Assembly: GCA_964106645.2 (NCBI GenBank)
Contig: OZ067044.1
DNA: 64,000 nucleotides
From: Podarcis pityusensis
Taxonomy: Eukaryota
Strand: one strand, 5' to 3'
A program made the position numbers and the translations under genes. Every line of letters starts with the position of its first letter. The stretch's first letter is position 1. The notes under the pieces are model-generated. The model was not told the DNA's origin. It ran no database searches and was given only the letters and a program-made list of their open reading frames with translations. Below are positions 12,029 through 23,562 of this stretch, one piece after another.

Positions 12029-12709
12029 AGTTACCGGTATACTTTATCTAGATTTCAAAGAGAAGTTGTAGAGGATAATACTAAGTTACTGAAGAATATG
12101 TATCATTTTTTGTTAGAATGGGAAACCAAAGAGGAAAAAGTCAAATGTGTAATGATTAAATGGGTACAATATCTAGGATACAACTTACAAATGAAAGACT
12201 GAGAAAAATTATGGAAAGTTGATTTAAAATTTACCGCATGTACAACTCTGAAAGAGAACTACATGAAAATGATGTATCAATGGTATTTAACTCCTGCTAA
12301 ACTTGCAAAAATGTATAGAACAAGCTCTAATAAGTGCTGGAAGTCTAAAGAGAAAAAAGGAACATTTTACCATATGTGGTGGAATTGTAAAGTTATAAAA
12401 AGTTATTGGGAAATGATTTACAATGAATTGAAGAAGATGTTCAAAATAACTTTTGTTAAAAAAACCAGAAGCATTTTTGTTAGGTATAATAGGACATGAA
12501 TTACCAAAAGAACGGAAAAAGTTGTTTATATATGCTACAACAGATTCTCATAGCCCAGAAATGGAAGGACAACCAGACTCCAACGAAAGAAGAATGGCGA
12601 GACAAGCTTGTGGATTAAGCTTAGCGAAACTTACGGGAAGAATTGGAGACAATGATAACGAAGACTTTAAAAAAGACTGGGAACTTTTTATGCTGTATTT
12701 ACAGAAATA

Positions 12710-12934
12710 CAGTGGTACCTTGGGTTACATACGCTTCAGGTTACAGACTCTGCTACCCAGAAATAGTACCTCCGGTTAAGAACTTTGCTTCAGGATGAGA
12801 ACAGAAATCGTGCTCCGGTGGTGCGGAGGCAGCAGGAGGACCCATTAGCTAAAGTGGTGCTTCAGGTTATCAACAGTTTCAGGTTAAGAACTGACCTTTG
12901 GAACGAATTAAGTACTTAACCCGAGGTACCACTG
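12710..12934. mobile_element. Tc1/mariner-type MITE nested in the L1 ORF2 end
   Basis: CAGTGGTACCT TIRs, TA TSD; removing it restores L1 YLQKYCKEMDSLARFD*. Confidence 0.9.
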
Positions 12935-14835
12935 TATTGTAAAGAAATGGACTCACTAGCAAGGTTTGATTAAACACTTACAATTAAGAAAATAAGATCA
13001 AAGGTTAAGAAAGGATAAAATGGAATGAAATTGATTGTAGGATATAATCATGGAAAAAAATTCAGTACAAAAACAATAAGAAGTTAAGAGGATTAAGGTA
13101 TAAAATATAAAAATAAGATAACAATTAAGCAGAAATAGTAAATATTTAAAGAACCGGAAAGGGAAGTTGTAGGAAGTCACGGGGAGGGGGGGATTTCTTT
13201 TCTTTTTTATGACAAATGTTACATTGTGTTGATTGATTGAATATAAAATTGTAAAACTCAATAAAATTGCTTTAAAAAAAATAGTTGACTGGGATGTTAT
13301 TTTAATGGCTATCTGTCACTACTTCCTCCTATTGCACCAGGGGAGTCCTTATAGAGGGGCTTACATGTTAATCTGTAGCAGCAAAACAAATACATATTCT
13401 TACGACACCTTAAAGATTAACATATTTATTATGGCAAAAGCATTTGATGAAGCACCTGATGAAATGGACTATAGCCCATTAAGGTTTATGCCACAATAAA
13501 TGTGTTAGTTTTTAAGATGCTGCAATAATTTTAAAGTATAAATCAGTATGTAGGTGCAGGTCCTAAGTGATTTTGGCAGTCCTGCCTATACACCCAGTTT
13601 AAAATTGCCATTTGTATCAGTGGACCATCTATGAGTCTGTTCTAAAGGTAGGCAGAGGACACTCCATGAAATTTCAGGGCTGGTTAATAAGCACTTACGC
13701 TTTGCATTGACTAAAATGAGGGTTGATGCAATCATGTACATAATTACATAATAAAACAGTAATTTCAATCACCTGCACACATTATTTGCATAGTGGAAAA
13801 CAACAGCAAAATACAACAAGACCTGCAGCAAGAGCAAACTAAGCATTTGCAACAGTCTTTACAAATTGTAGACATCCAGTTTGAAAGAATAGTAGATTAC
13901 GAATGCCGCTCCAATGTCATGACAAATTGGAACCTCAAAACTTTGTTTTGAGGGGTGGGGAGATGGATTCCGGGGCAGACAATTTTGGATGCATCTCTAG
14001 AAGATCATATAAACCTATAAGGGTGGGGTGAATTCAGAGGGATGTCGTTTGTGATGCATCCTATTACCCAGAAGATCAGATAAGCCATATACAGATCCAA
14101 TGTGTAGACATCACAGTGGAACTATTCATCCTTTAGAGCTACTCAATGGCAATTAGAACACAATTCGTTTTTATTTATTTTTTGCTGCATTTACTTTATT
14201 GCAATTATCTCTGCAGTTCCTCAATCAATCATGAAATCAATGCTCTGCTAATCAAGGGGTGAAGTTTGATGTGAGTTATGTAACAATACATTTGACAGCA
14301 CAAATGCAATTAAATTCATACCATATACTTCTTATGTGATGCTGCCTTGCATCCTGAATTCCCTTTCCTTAATTGCAGGTGGTTGCTTATATTAAAAAAC
14401 AAACACCATCCTTCTCATTTTCTGTCTGTGCATGTACAAACATAGACACGCTATAAAAAAATATAAAAATAAGCAAATAAAACCAAGAGCAGACAGAAAC
14501 AGTTGACTAAATTATAAACAGCATTAGCAGAAAAACAAATTGCCTGAGCAGCCAAACAAGGTCCCTGCTTGCTGACAGGTCAACAGAGAGGTAGCTAAAC
14601 AGACCTCACTTCTGAAGACTAGGCATAGGCATGGAGGTGCCCTTTCTCATTTCCAATGCCAAACATACCTCAGATGTTGGTAGAATGTAGAGAAGGGCCT
14701 CTTCTCAAAATATTTAAACCTGGAAAGCTTCATATAGGAGAAGGTGGTCCTTCAGACAACCTGACTCCATGCCAATCAGGGCTTTAAAGGGCACAACTAG
14801 CCTTTTGAATTATGCCCAGAAATATACTGGCAGCC

Positions 14836-15182
14836 GGGACGCGGGTGGCCTAGGACTCAGTGCCTAGGACTTGCCGATCGAATGGTCGGCGGTTCGAATC
14901 CCCGCGGCGGGGTGAGCTCCCGTCTTTCGGTCCCAGCTCCTGCCCACCTAGCAGTTCGAAAGCACCCCTAAGCGCAAGTAGATAAATAGGTACCGCTTTA
15001 TAGCGGGAAGGTAAACGGCGTTCCGTGTGCTGTGCTGGCTCGCCAGATGCAGCTTGTCACGCTGGCCACGTGACCCGGAAGTGTCTCCGGACAGCGCCAG
15101 CTCATGGCCTCTAGAGTGAGATGGGCGCACAACCCTAGAGTCGGACACGACTGGCCCGTACGGGCAGGGGTACCTTTACCTT
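14836..15182 (+). mobile_element. Sauria SINE (second subfamily)
   Basis: GGGACGCGGGTGGC head, tRNA-like B box GGTTCGAATCC, ACCTTT tail; 13-bp TSD tatactggcagcc. Confidence 0.92.
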
Positions 15183-16078
15183 TATACTGGCAGCCAGTAA
15201 AGAAGTTCTATCACTAGGGCCGGGTGCTGCCAATAACTGGCCCTGGTTAACAGCCATATAATGGCGTTATCGACTAGCTGAAGTTTCTGAACTAGTTTCT
15301 AAAGTTTGTGCAAATTAGTTTCTTATTACATATGGTTTAACAAAGTATGATTTGGGGCGTTATTCCATCCTCACAGTATAAAGTTTCCAACAGCATTCAG
15401 GGATTGTCAGGGAAGATCAGTTTGTTTTTTACACCTCAAACAAAACTAGTATTTTGGAGTTTAACTTATGATTTGCAAAAAATAAAAAATAAAATAAAAT
15501 AAAATATGGGTTGGCATTATATATGAACCAACCCTGTGAATGGCACTGAAAACACCTTCCTTACTGGAGCCAACTTTTAGGAACTGAGCACAATAGTCAG
15601 ATGATGCATATTTTGCTCACAAAGTATAGCAAAAAAAAAAACAAAGACAGAACTGGACAAACACCATCAACATATGACTGTCCAAACACACTCTATAGTA
15701 TGGGTATAATCAAATGATGTGATGTTGACCATAATAAACTAGATCAGCTGTTGAGAAGGCTAATGGCCACTCAGTACCACCCCATCCACCTTCTTTGGCT
15801 AAGATAGCGTATATAACAAAATCAACGGAGAAGACTTTTGCAAGAGATCCTTCAAAGCATCTAATCTATGTTCTTTTTTCTAACAAGAGTAATAGTAATA
15901 GTTCCCCCCCCCCCCATCTGCAGTAATTCCAGTGGAATACTAGCTGGAAATCAAAGGTCTTGTGAAAATACCCAGAAAGCCTTTAAAAAGGAATCAGGTG
16001 CTCAAGTATCTAGTCACTGATAGGAGGCCACTGATTGGAAGCTGAAATGAAAATAGTTTCTTATCCAATGCATACACA

Positions 16079-16146
16079 AATATTTTAAAGTATATTATCA
16101 GAATATTTTAAAATGTATTATCAGTATATTTTAAAGTATATTATTA
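16079..16146. repeat. AT-rich tandem repeat, ~3 x 22-23 bp
   Basis: atattttaaagtatattatcag-like unit repeated three times. Confidence 0.75.
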
Positions 16147-18286
16147 GGGAAGAAATGACAGAAAGGTGGAAATGTCAGAAACCATAGATTTTCTAAACAT
16201 AGATTATAGATAAGATACAATGCCCTGGCAAATCTGGATGATTTGTGAAGGCAAAATCAAGCTGCAAAAATTGTACACAGGAACCTAGCAGAAAAGTATG
16301 AACAATTTGCAACTGAGCCTACCCAAATTATAAATATGCTCTTGATCCAGTCTAGTTCAGCTATTGAAATCTAGTGATAATCAAAGGGAAAAACAAAAAG
16401 GATGGAAATACACCCAAGCAATGAAGCAGTTTTATACGCTTGACTTGGTTTGATCTAATAAGTCTTATAAGTCTTAGCAGTTAAGAGGTAACACATTTTG
16501 TCAGGTTATATATAATTTCTCTCAACAAGCCCACCGAGGATGCCAACTTATTTATCATTAAGAGCAACAAACAACACCCTTCTTCCATAGGTTCACTAGC
16601 ACATGTCTACAGGAATTTTTGTGCTTCTCCCTTCAGTGAAACAGGATAGCCTTTAAGGAGCAGACAGTTATATCATACAGATAATTTTTCAGAAAGTCCT
16701 TGTACTTCAAAATTAGTAGCACAAACTGTGTACTAATGGTTCACTCAATATCGAATTAGATATCAGCTGCTTTCAACCGATTCCCTGTTTCCTGGCTGTA
16801 TCATTATGATCAACAACTGACAGTTCATATTGGCCCAACCCACAGTTTGGCAACATTATTTCACCCAGGGCTGGCCCAAATCGTTTGGCTGCCTAAGGTG
16901 GACCAACAAATGGCACCTCACATCCTAATAAAGAGAGATAGCACCCAAGGCCAACCAAGGTATTTTAGCAACTGAAGCAAAGAATTCTACAAGCACATTA
17001 TAGTCAACCTTCCAACATCTTTAGAGAGGTCCTACAGAAGACCCCCCTCCTTCAGTCCCCAAAGTATACGTGCAAATCAACAGTGGTGGCTTTTTTATTT
17101 ATTTGTAATATTCATTTAGCAAATCATAAATCAAACAGCTCCCTCCATCTGTGTGTCTTTGCTTTGGGACATATCCCCCTTTTACCTTTTATCAAGCATT
17201 TCCCCCCACTTTTTGTTGTAGTTTAACAGCTGCTGGTATTTCTTCAGAGAGGCTCACAAATGCCTAAGAAGTTGTTGCATCCCAATTTGTGCTATGGAAA
17301 TAAAGCTCAATTAATTTATTTCCATAGCATAGCCTACTCTTCATCACAATGGTTTGCAGGGTGGGATACAATAAAACTATATTTAAAATAGCAAATCTGT
17401 AATAATCTTTAGAGAGCAGTTAAAATCAATAAATACTATCAATGGTAAAATCACATAATGGAATCTCCTGCAATCTCAACTGAACAACTTAATGAATCTC
17501 AAATGCTTGAGTAAAGAACCATGCTTCAAGTTGACATCAAAGCGAAAACTGAGTCAGAAGCTGCCATTCCTTAGAGTGGATGTGATGCTACCGTTGAATA
17601 GGCTTTCTCTGGTATTGCCACATGGTATTCAACTTCTGGCAACAGGACACTGAAAAGGGCCTCTCCAGAAAACTTAGTATCCAGGCTAGGCAATATAGGA
17701 AGAGACATTCTTTCAAGTACTTAGGCTGCCAGTAATTTAGGGCTTCATAAATCACAACTAACACTTTTATTTCAGACAGGTTGTCCATTGGCAGCCTTCA
17801 GGAACAGCTGGCTGACCCACTTAACAACCTGGCAACTGCATTCCATACTAGCTGAAGTTTCCATCTTCAAGAGTAACACCACACCAAGTATTACAATAAT
17901 CCAAGCAGATGGTTGTCAGAGCATGGTTTTCTGTGTCAAGGCTATCTCTGTCAAGGAATAGCCATTGCTGGTGAGCCAACAGAAACTGGCCAGATGGATG
18001 AAAGCTAGTAATTTACTAGCAGCTGAGAAGTGTCAGTTGAGTACCTTAGGGATGGTATATAATGTTGGTCACACACACAAAAACTGAATGGGAACCAAAA
18101 GACAAGTCTTTCTAACTTCTCCAGTGGTGGTAAAACAATCTTACTCAGCTACGAGTGATCACCAAAGAAAGAAAGAATATTCTTTCAGAGTTGTCCATAC
18201 AAATTCATTCTAAGATTCTAACTACATGTTACATTTTTTTAAAAAATGTAAAAAAAAAATTTTGTGATACAAAACAAACAAATGTA

Positions 18287-18632
18287 CAGGCATACCTCAA
18301 AGATATTGTAGGTTTGGTTCCAGAGCACCACAACAAAGCAAATATCACAATAAAGCAAGACACACTTTTTTTTTGTTTGTTTCCCAGTGCATATTGAAGT
18401 TATGTTTACAGTATATTGTCATCTATTAAGTCAGGCCTCCCTAACTGCAGGGGCAAGAGGGGGGAAACCCAGCTCCAGCCCTAGACAGCTCTACTCTAAA
18501 GGCCAGAAGAGGGGCAGTGGCTGGGGGGGGGGTTGGCTTCCTTCCCCTGGAAGCAGCCAGGCTGCCTGCAGCTGGACCCATATCCTCATAAGGAACAATA
18601 TCTGTGAAACACAATAAAAGGAGATGTGCCTG
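18287..18632. mobile_element. Tigger1-like (pogo) internally deleted DNA transposon
   Basis: TA-CAGGCATACCTC..AGATATTG..GGTTCCAGA..CAATAAAGC..TTTCCCAGTGCATA..GTTATGTTTACA..CTATTAAGT at the left end and CAATAAAA.GAGATGTGCCTG-TA at the right end match recalled Tigger1 termini. Confidence 0.75.
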
Positions 18633-19461
18633 TATTTTAACCATATTAATGGATGTTATTTCTAAGGGGGTAATTCTGAGCAAAGAAACAGAGTGCGGAA
18701 GGCATGCTTAACTATTACCCCATCTATCATTTCTCCACTCCAAGTTGCCTTCCCTGCCAAATGTTCCCCTCTGAATGGAGTCCCAAAAGCATTTGCCATT
18801 GCAAACGTACATTTGGAATTCTGCAAGAGAGAAAGCAACAGTGGGGAACAGAAAAAGCAACTGGAGGGGGAAAGAGTTAAGCACCTTCTTCTCCACTCCC
18901 CATATCTTGCCTTATTTTAATCCTTTCTTAAAATACACCCCAAATAGAACAAATCATGTCTTAGATTGACACTAAATTATGAATTAATATAGACTTAAGC
19001 TTGTCAGTGGATGTGTGTTCATTCACAATAAGTCATTCATTCAGTGAACAGCAGTTCTCCCTTGGCTATGACAGCTACAAAGGACATTAAAGGAGGACAT
19101 TAAAACAGAGTGGTAATATCTGAAGTAAAGCTTTGAAGTCTACAAATCTTTGAGCAGCATTTGCCTTGGAATCAATAGAACAAAAATGCACAGAAATGGA
19201 TAAAAAACATTCTTAGGTGCCTTATTAGGTGGTTGCAGTTAATGACAGAAGAATGAGCTCAGCCATCTATCAGCTATGAAAAATAATGAATCAAGAGATG
19301 AATTAATAAATTTAAAAATTAAGACCACCATTTAATTTCCCATTTCAGCAAAACAAAAAAAGTCCCACATTATCTAAGCGACACCATAAACAAGTATTGA
19401 AAAAAAAACTTTAAAACAGAGTTGTACAAAGTAAATGCAAAATTGTTTAAAATTAATCATA

Positions 19462-19508
19462 AAGGTAAAGGTAAAGGGACCCCTGACTATTAGGTCCAGT
19501 CATGACCG
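19462..19508 (-). mobile_element. Severely 5'-truncated Sauria SINE (tail only)
   Basis: aaggtaaaggtaaagggacccctgac...tccagtc flanked by aaa(t)taatcata repeats. Confidence 0.75.
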
Positions 19509-19671
19509 AAAAATAATCATAATAACCTCCAAAAGACACGCTTTGTGTGCCATCAGGAATCTCATTCTCTAAGAAAATTTCAATGGGAAAATTCACTTTT
19601 TATCTTGCTAGTGACTCCACATGATAACACATCAGAAAAATTAAAGAAAGCAAACTCTCTTTACATCTCAC

Positions 19672-22041
19672 CTGCCCAGATATATTTGGGACCAGCTCCT
19701 TTCCATTCTGCAGTTCCCCATTCTCTGAAAAGATAGGTATGTTGGGGGTAAAAACCATGAGGTCATTCTTGGCACCAGCCTCCCCAGCTGGAGCTGCCAG
19801 GATATGGCTGTGGCGATTTGAATAGGACCAGCTGCCCACTTCGCTGGCACAAACCAGTGTGGCTGTGCCAGGGCCATACATCACGGGCTCCTTGGGTTGA
19901 CACTGGCATCGCAGAGCCATATACACAATGATTGCCAGCAGAAACAATGTGGAAACTGAGCAGATGGCAATGATCAGGTAGATATTGGAATTGTCCGCCA
20001 AGGATCCTGAGTTCACTCCCAACATGGGAAGCCGGGTATCAGTGTGAACAGCCTGAGCACTTGATATTAGTGATACACTGAATGTGACTGTGGCTGACAA
20101 CACTGGTTTGCCATGATCCTTCACTACTATCAGCAGATTCTGGCTGCTGCCACCTTCTGTCTCATCCAGGACTTGGGTTGTACTGATCTCACCACTGTAT
20201 AACCCAACGCGCCAAGGACCACTTTTCGCATCATGCAATTCGTAGCGCAGCCATGCATTGTAGCCTGAGTCAGCATCCAAGGCACGGATCTTTCCCACTA
20301 CATGTCCAGCTTCTAGTGGGGCTGCCAGCAAGATGGGAGCCTCCTCTGGCTCAGACACTGCTGGTGCATTATCATTCTCATCCACCACAAAGACCTGAAT
20401 AGTCACATTGCCACATAAGGAGGGCAGCCCAGCATCCTTGGCCCTCACTTGGAACTCCAGCAGCTTCAGCTCCTCATAGTCCAAGGGTTGCAAGGCATAG
20501 ACCTTCCCACTCTCCGAGTGCACCGAGATGTAGCTTGTCAGTGGCCAAAGCTTGTCATCCATCGAGTAGCTAACCAGAGCATTCTCAGCCACATCTAGGT
20601 CTGAGGCAGACACAGTGAAGATGTGAGCACCCGGTGGGTTGTTCTCCTTCACAAAGACCATGTAGGAGGGTTGTGCAAATGTAGGTGCATTGTCATTTAC
20701 ATCACTGATGGGCACTACCAGACTGCTGCTGGTTGACAGCAATGGCTCCCCTTGATCTTGTGCCATCACCAACAGTCTATATTCAGCTACTTTCTCCCGA
20801 TCCAGAGGCTGAGCTATCACCAGTGAATAATAATTCTTGAAGTTGGACATCAGCTTGAAGGGGAGGCCAGGTGGCCACAAGGAGCAGCTTACTTGCCCAT
20901 TGGCACCAACATCTCTGTCAGAAATGCTGAGCAAGGCCACCACTGTCCCTAGTGGGGAGTCCTCTGGCACTGGCACTGACAGTGATGAGACTGATATCTC
21001 AGGAGCATTGTCATTCACATCCAAGACCTCAATCAGGACTTTGCAATGTCCTTTCATTGGTGGGGAGCCTTTGTCTGTTGCTTCTACCCTAATTTCACCT
21101 AACTTAATACTTTCAAAATCAAGTTCTCCATTTAATATGATTTGTCCATTGCTTGAATCTAAACTAATCAGTGCACCTAAATTCTGTGGGTTAACACTTC
21201 GAATTGAATATATAATGTCTTTGTTAATTCCTTCATCGAAATCTGTTGCATTGAGACAGATTATTAATGTTCCTATTTTTGCATTTTCAAAAACTTTAAC
21301 TTGATACACAGACTGATTAAAAACTGGTGCATTATCATTCGTATCCAGCACACTGATTAGCAACTGAGCTGTGCCAGTTTGCTCTGGTTTCCCTCCATCA
21401 GTGGCCGTAAGCAATAAATTGTATACGTGAGTTAATTCTCGATCAAGAGGTTTCTTTAACACAAGAACTAAAGACTCACCATGCTTCTCATTGTTTTGAA
21501 CATCCAAGGTGAAATACTCATTGGGACTGAGTTTGTAGCTGAGATGAGAGTTTGAACCAATATCGTCATCAGAAGCTCCCTCTAGTGGGAAGGATGAACC
21601 TGGAAGTCTAGATTCAGAAATATTCAGGTTTTGCCCAGCAGCTGGGAATATAGGAGCATTGTCATTGATATCTTTGATCTCCACTTCCACATGAAAGACT
21701 CTCAATGGTTTATCCAGGATCACTTCCAGGTGAATCATGCATACAAGGATCTTGGCGCACATCTCCTCTCGATCTATCCGGGAATTAACAAATAAAATTC
21801 CATTTTGGACATTTACCTCTAAGTAGTCCTCATGGCCTTGGGATATCATCCGGAACATGCGGGGCATAAGCTCCTCCACCTGCAGCCCCAGATCCTGGGC
21901 AATGCGGCCCACGAAGGTGCCATGCTGGGATTCCTCCAGGACAGAGTAATGGAGCTGGCCACTTCCCATCAACCAGACTCTGTAGATTAGGATCAGCTGC
22001 AGCAGCCAGCTCTTCACCAGGGGGCATTGGTCCAAAGACAT
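19672..22041 (-). CDS. PCDHA: Protocadherin alpha alternate variable exon (last before the C-type position), 790 codons
   Basis: ORF 19600-22047. ATG at 22041, signal peptide, GQLHYSV EC1 start, six cadherin repeats (DRE, DxNDNAP), [12 protein letters not shown], alpha-type VCD GSWSYS...DLMVFTP, phase-0 donor CAG|GTGAGA at 19672/19671. Constant exons lie outside the window. Confidence 0.96.
21575..21588 (-). promoter_or_regulatory. Exonic CTCF site (eCBS)
   Basis: CCACTAGAGGGAGC in the P-L-E-G-A codons; near-consensus CTCF core. Confidence 0.8.
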
Positions 22042-22241
22042 TGTCACGGTAGGTTTTCTCCCTGCTTTGGAAAAAAATTAATCCACTCTCCAGCGTCAGC
22101 ATAAAATGATGGGAAATAGGCAATTGTTATGCTGCAGTCTCCATGCCATCACCCTGAGCTTCTTGCGGTCTCTTGTTCTTTCTGAATTGCTGGGAGGGGC
22201 TTTGATCTCTGCCTGAAAAGAGTATTTTGATTTTCAGTGGG

Positions 22242-22274
22242 TAGCGACATCTTGTGACAATTGGTATAAATGCC
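22242..22274 (-). promoter_or_regulatory. Promoter CSE / pCBS
   Basis: GTCACAAGATGTCGCTA containing the CGCT box, ~200 bp upstream of the ATG. Confidence 0.85.
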
Positions 22275-23395
22275 TCACAGGTATTTTACTTTAAATTTTC
22301 CTCAATTCTTAGATTAATTTCATAATTTCCTTCTGAAATATATGTGTAGTTCGTTGCTATTATTTTGTGATGTTTTTCCTTGCAAAGTTAACTTGTGTGT
22401 TTTTTGGTATATAGTTGTAATACTTTTGAATAATCATTGTAGAATCAAACAATTAGGTAGGGTACATGTTGATTTCAATTATCCAAAATAGAGCTCAGTC
22501 AGAGTATTGTGGCTTCCACAGGTTACATTTTCAACTACTTACACTAGAAGACTTTTATGCTGCTATCACAAGGCATACCAAACTGTTGAGAAGTTTACAC
22601 TGCAGAGGTCTGAGATACTGAGTCAACTGCATTCTTCACAAGAGATCAAATAGGCATTATTTCTGGGACCACCATGTCCAGTGGCCTTCTCTCTTTGCCC
22701 AATCACTCTACACAACAAAGGCACAGTGTGTGACAGGCAGAGAACTGACACATGAAAAAATTAGCCAGAGAACATTGGAAAAACCCTACTGGGTCCAACT
22801 CAAAATTATTTTGGAACCTCAAACTAGGGACACAGCCCATAATTTATTTGCAACCCAGCCTATTCCATCTTGCCAGGTAAGGTCATTGAGAGCCAAAACA
22901 CTAATACAGAAATTGCTAGACAAAGGCTACGTACACAACATACATTTAAAGCATGTGACTTCCCCCAAAGAATTCTAAAAACTGTAGTTTCCACCCCCAA
23001 GCTACAATTCCCAGTGCCCTTAACTTTCTAACCACTACACCACATTGACTGACTGGAAAATTAGTGTTCCTTCCCTTTAAAAAAATAATCATAAAAAAGA
23101 AATACAAATCCCACTATCCTAGACTCAACAGGACAATAGTTTTTAAGGATATTATTGAGTCATTCTTTGCATCCTCCTGCACTTATGCACTACAGTGGTA
23201 AAAAGAATACAACAGTACTAGGGAAGTAATTCGTTAATAATTGTACCGTCCCCAAGCAGCAGGGCAAGAAGAACTACCCCAGTTGATGTTTGCATTATTG
23301 ATAAGATGGCTGATAGTTGATAGAGGCTCTAGGCCTCGGTTGTGTTTTGAATTAAAATAAACAATATTTTGAATTAAAATAAACAATAAAATAAT

Positions 23396-23562
23396 CAGTG
23401 GCGTAGCGTGGGTTGTCAGCACCCGGGGCAAGGCAAGTAATTTGCGCCCCCTAACCCGTGGATTTTAGTAGGGGCAAAGAGCTGCGAGTGCGAGCGCCTC
23501 CCCCCCAAAATGTTGCGCCCGGTGCGGCCGGCCCCCCCTGCACCCCCCACGCTACGCCACTG
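23396..23562. mobile_element. hAT-type MITE
   Basis: 17-bp TIR CAGTGGCGTAGCGTGGG and perfect 8-bp TSD aaaataat; CpG-rich, so probably young. Confidence 0.9.

Larger units (their letters stand above)
11545..13279 (+). mobile_element. 5'-truncated L1 LINE (ORF2 C-terminus, 3' UTR, polyA) with nested SINE and MITE
   Basis: YQWYLTPAKL...CWK...GTFYHMWWNC is the L1 cysteine-rich region; AATAAA and A-tail; 18-bp TSD aatagttgactgggatgt at 11527-11544 and 13280-13297. Confidence 0.9.

Noticed and set aside
14860-14910. tRNA gene suggested by GGTTCGAATCC
   Set aside because: It is the tRNA-derived head of a Sauria SINE with TSDs.
19600-19671. ORF-track C-terminal tails and GTG/TTG-initiated N-terminal extensions of the Pcdha ORFs
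   Set aside because: The tails lie past consensus splice donors and are intronic; non-ATG starts come from a prokaryote-style ORF caller.
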